A model generated the notes under the pieces. That model was not told the origin of the DNA. It searched no databases and saw only the letters and a list, made by a program, of their open reading frames with translations. Position numbers and translations under genes: made by a program. Source: Heptranchias perlo (lineage: Eukaryota). Taken from it: DNA of 64,000 nucleotides. Position 1 is the first letter of the stretch, and the number at the start of each line of letters is the position of its first letter. The stretch covers positions 5,704,001-5,768,000 of the forward strand of contig NC_090358.1 of assembly GCF_035084215.1 (NCBI RefSeq), read 5' to 3'. Of this stretch, positions 60,870-64,000 are shown piece after piece.

Positions 60870-61548
60870 ATGACCAGATAATCTGCTTTATGGTTGAGAG
60901 ATAAATGATGGCCAGGACACCGGGGAGAACTCCCCTGCTCTTCTTGGAAATAATGCCATGGGATCTTTTACATCCGCCTGAGAGGGCAGACGGGGCCTCG
61001 GTTCAACGTCTCATCTGAAAGATGGCAAAAAGCAGGAGAAAGAACCAGGTAAGTCGGGAAGTGGTCATTAGATGATGTCATCCTTGAGTTTTAAAGTCCT
61101 TGCATTCATTTTGCGCCATATTGGATCTGTCAGAAACATCTCAAAGTGCTTCACAATCAATGAAATACTTTGAAGTGCAGTGACCATTCTCACGCACGCA
61201 CAGCAGCCATTCTACACGCAGCAAATTCTCACCAACAGCAATTAAATTAACAAAATTATGATTTTGGTGGTGTTGGTTGAGGGAGAAATGGTGGATGTCA
61301 AAGATCCCATGGAGGTGCCGTCTTTCAGATGAGATGTTAAACCGAGGCCCCGCCTGGCCTCTCAGGTGGATGTAAAAGGTCCCATGGCTACTATTTCGAA
61401 GAAGAGCGGGAGAGTTCAATATTTATCGCTCAACCCACATCACTGAAGAGAGATTAGCTGGTCATTATCCCATTGCTGTTTGTGGATCTTGCTGTGCGCA
61501 AATTGGCTGCCACGTTTCCTACATTACAACAGTGACTACACTTCAAAG
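60870..61548. mobile_element. Cluster of Deu-domain SINE fragments in mixed orientation: about 60870-61026 (-), 61140-61290 (-), 61310-61548 (+)
   Basis: Similarity to the 10395-10785 copy. Confidence 0.75.
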
Positions 61549-62596
61549 CATTAAAATATATGTAAAGGACCTAATGCCTGAAAAATTATCCAACCCAATT
61601 TTGGGGCGGATATTTTTCCAATGTCCTTGGGGTGCAGGACATTGGCTCTCATTGAGTTCATTTCTTGCTGAGAAATTGCCTGTTTTAGGACCTCTCTGCC
61701 AAATTGGGTGGCACGGAGCAGAGCAGGTGCTGGGCCTGCCTCGCTGACAATTCTTCAGCTGCCGCTGCAGCCTAAGCCTGTTCCTCCAACTCCATGGGGG
61801 TATATCCCGATCGTCCCTCTCCATTGCCGCTACACTCCCCCTAACGGGACCTACCTCCAGGCCGTGCTGGTGAGGCAAGCCCCCTGAAATTAATTGTTTT
61901 AAAACAGGCGAGCTGCAGGCTCACCCAAATAATATTAATGAGGTCCGAGGCCCAATTTCGGGCCAGCTTTAGGCCTCCAGGTTCGAACACAGGCCATGAC
62001 TCATTTTTACCCCATAATCTTTAATTGTTGTTCAAGTTTTCACAGACTGGTAGAAGTTATACAAGGACAAGCTCCCTTAAAGAGCTGCTGCTTCTAATTT
62101 TGGAATAGTTTGTCCCGTCATTAATTTCAGAACATCTCTAACTAATGGGTGAATAAAAGAGAATGATTTAGAGCAACCCATGTCCATAAATAATAGCCAG
62201 AAAAAATTAGTGTAAGGTATGTAATATTTATTTAATTGTGTAAACAATTGAGTGGGTCTGATTCTTCCATGCACTCCAAGTCACCCAATGCAGACTGACT
62301 GTCTTTGCTGAGCTCCTGTTCTATCAGATTAAATAAACAGATCAATGAAATAAATAAACCTTAAGCTCGATTACTATTTAATGTGAGTCTCTCCCTCCAG
62401 TGCACAGCACTGCAATACTACATTTGGGAATGTTTACACTGGTGAGAAGGCCACTTGGAGGAGATCTTATTGAAGTATTCGGGATTCTAAGGCGTTATTG
62501 ATATACTGAACAGCCTCATAACCACAAATAGGTTGTGGTGCTGGTGGTGAGGGTATGTCAGTGCACTAATAATCCAGAGAACTTAGCACTGAAGAT

Positions 62597-63267
62597 CCAC
62601 AGCACTGGAGGTCCAAGGCACTGGAAGTCCACAGCACTGGACGTCCACTCCACTGGAAGTCCACTCCATTGGAAGTCCACAGCACTGGAAGCCCACTCCA
62701 CTGGAAGTGCACTCCACTGGAACTCCACTCCATTGGAAGTCCACAGCACTGGAAGCCCACTCCACTGGAAGTCCACTCCATTGGAAGTCCACAGCACTGG
62801 AAGCCCACTCCACTGGAAGTGCACTCCACTGGAAGTCCACTCCATTGGAAGTCCACAGCACTGGAAGTCCACTCCATTGGAAGTCCACAGCACTGGAAGT
62901 CCACTCCATTGGAAGTCCACAGCACTGGAAGTCCACTCCATTGGAAGTCCACAGCAGTGGAAGTCCATTCCATTGGAAGTCCACTCCACTGGAAGTCCAT
63001 TCCATTGGAAGTCCACTCCACTGGAAGTCTACAGCACTGGAAGTCCATTCCACTGGAAGTCCACTCCACTGGAAGTCCACTCCACTGGAAGTCCATTCCA
63101 TTGGAAGTCCACTCCACTGGAAGTCTACAGCACTGGAAGTCCATTCCACTGGAAGTCCACTCCACTGGAAGTCCACTCCACTGGAAGTCCATTCCACTGG
63201 AAGTCTACTCCATTGGAAGTGCACCACTGGAAGTCCACAGCATTGGAAGTCCACTCCATTGGAGGTC
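62597..63267. repeat. 16-bp minisatellite cca(c/t)(tc/ag)ca(c/t)tggaagt, about 42 units
   Basis: Visible periodicity; no unique spacers. Confidence 0.95.
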
Positions 63268-63339
63268 TACTAATCCAGTCACTTTGTAAAGGTGTGTAAT
63301 CTAATTGATGACCACTGTCTGACCAATATTGTGACAGAG

Positions 63340-63770
63340 AGAGACCAGAAGGTCCCAGGTCTGATCCGTGGTCCGTGCTGAGACAACTGATCCCAGCTGC
63401 AATGGGCATTAGCATGTCTAGGTTAGGGAGGGGAAAATTCAGCCAGAGTTGCCACTCCTGGAGTTAGGTCACAGATCAGCCATGATCTCATTGAATGTTG
63501 GAACAGGCTCGAGGCGCTAAATGTCCTACTCCTGTTCTTATGTTCCTGATCACTATCAGCGGAAAGGGCGCGTGAGGGGACATTGGGTGAGGGCAGGACC
63601 GGGTTCAACTGTGAGAGCCTCTATAGTAGAATAGCCCGGTGATGCCCACTGTCTTGCCTCACACTGAAGAATAGCAACTTGGGTGAAACACTGAGGGGGT
63701 AGGGCGGGGGTCAGGGGTCAGAGGCTGCTAATTCCCTCCGTAGCTTCAGGAGAGGAGGGGACAAAGTTAG
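63340..63770 (+). mobile_element. SINE family A copy with a CR1 tail inserted at about 63461-63548
   Basis: agaaggtcccaggtctgatcc head; insert gagttaggtcacagatcagccatgatc...ctactcctgttcttatgttcctg flanked by tcctg. Confidence 0.65.
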
Positions 63771-64000
63771 AAAGAAATAAAAACAATAAAACAAGAAGAA
63801 CGAAATTAACCTTTGTAGCATCAGCCTCTCCAGCGGATCCTCTACCCCTGGGCTGGCCATTTCTTTAAGGTTTCAACACATACACACAATAAGTTTGAAG
63901 AATCATCTAACAATACCGTAATAATGCTACTGAGAGGTGAGGAATACGTTTATTACCGTAATATCACTACAATTTAACTTTTAAAAATCCTGAATAATTA

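Noticed and set aside
62535-63299. Long ORFs (188-254 aa) in several frames; CRISPR-like appearance
   Set aside because: Translation of a stop-poor 16-bp tandem repeat; no unique spacers, no cas genes, vertebrate context

Overview
Eukaryotic, not prokaryotic, DNA. The repeat content (CR1/HER1-type LINE tails, Deu-domain SINEs, Penelope-like ends) points to a cartilaginous fish, probably a shark; this is an inference from recalled repeat families. The only supported protein-coding gene is SKOR1 (SKI family transcriptional corepressor 1, LBXCOR1/Corl1) on the + strand. It has 8 coding exons from 40171 to 47615, all with GT-AG junctions in consistent phase, giving a 2325-nt CDS and a 774-aa protein. 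The gene lies in a roughly 25-kb transposon-poor, CpG-retaining domain (about 25-50 kb) containing many enhancer-like non-coding blocks. The flanks are full of truncated and nested CR1 and L2 LINEs, three SINE families, Penelope-like fragments with decayed hammerhead-ribozyme motifs, MITE-like palindromes and minisatellites. There is a 133-N assembly gap at 37670-37802. I found no convincing new biological system. The best leads are the hammerhead remnants, a CR1 inserted at the homologous position of an older CR1, candidate PBX/MEIS/HOX/PTF1 enhancers, a 3'UTR alternative-polyadenylation/miRNA arrangement, and an orphan exon-like segment. Repeat boundaries were estimated by eye and are approximate.
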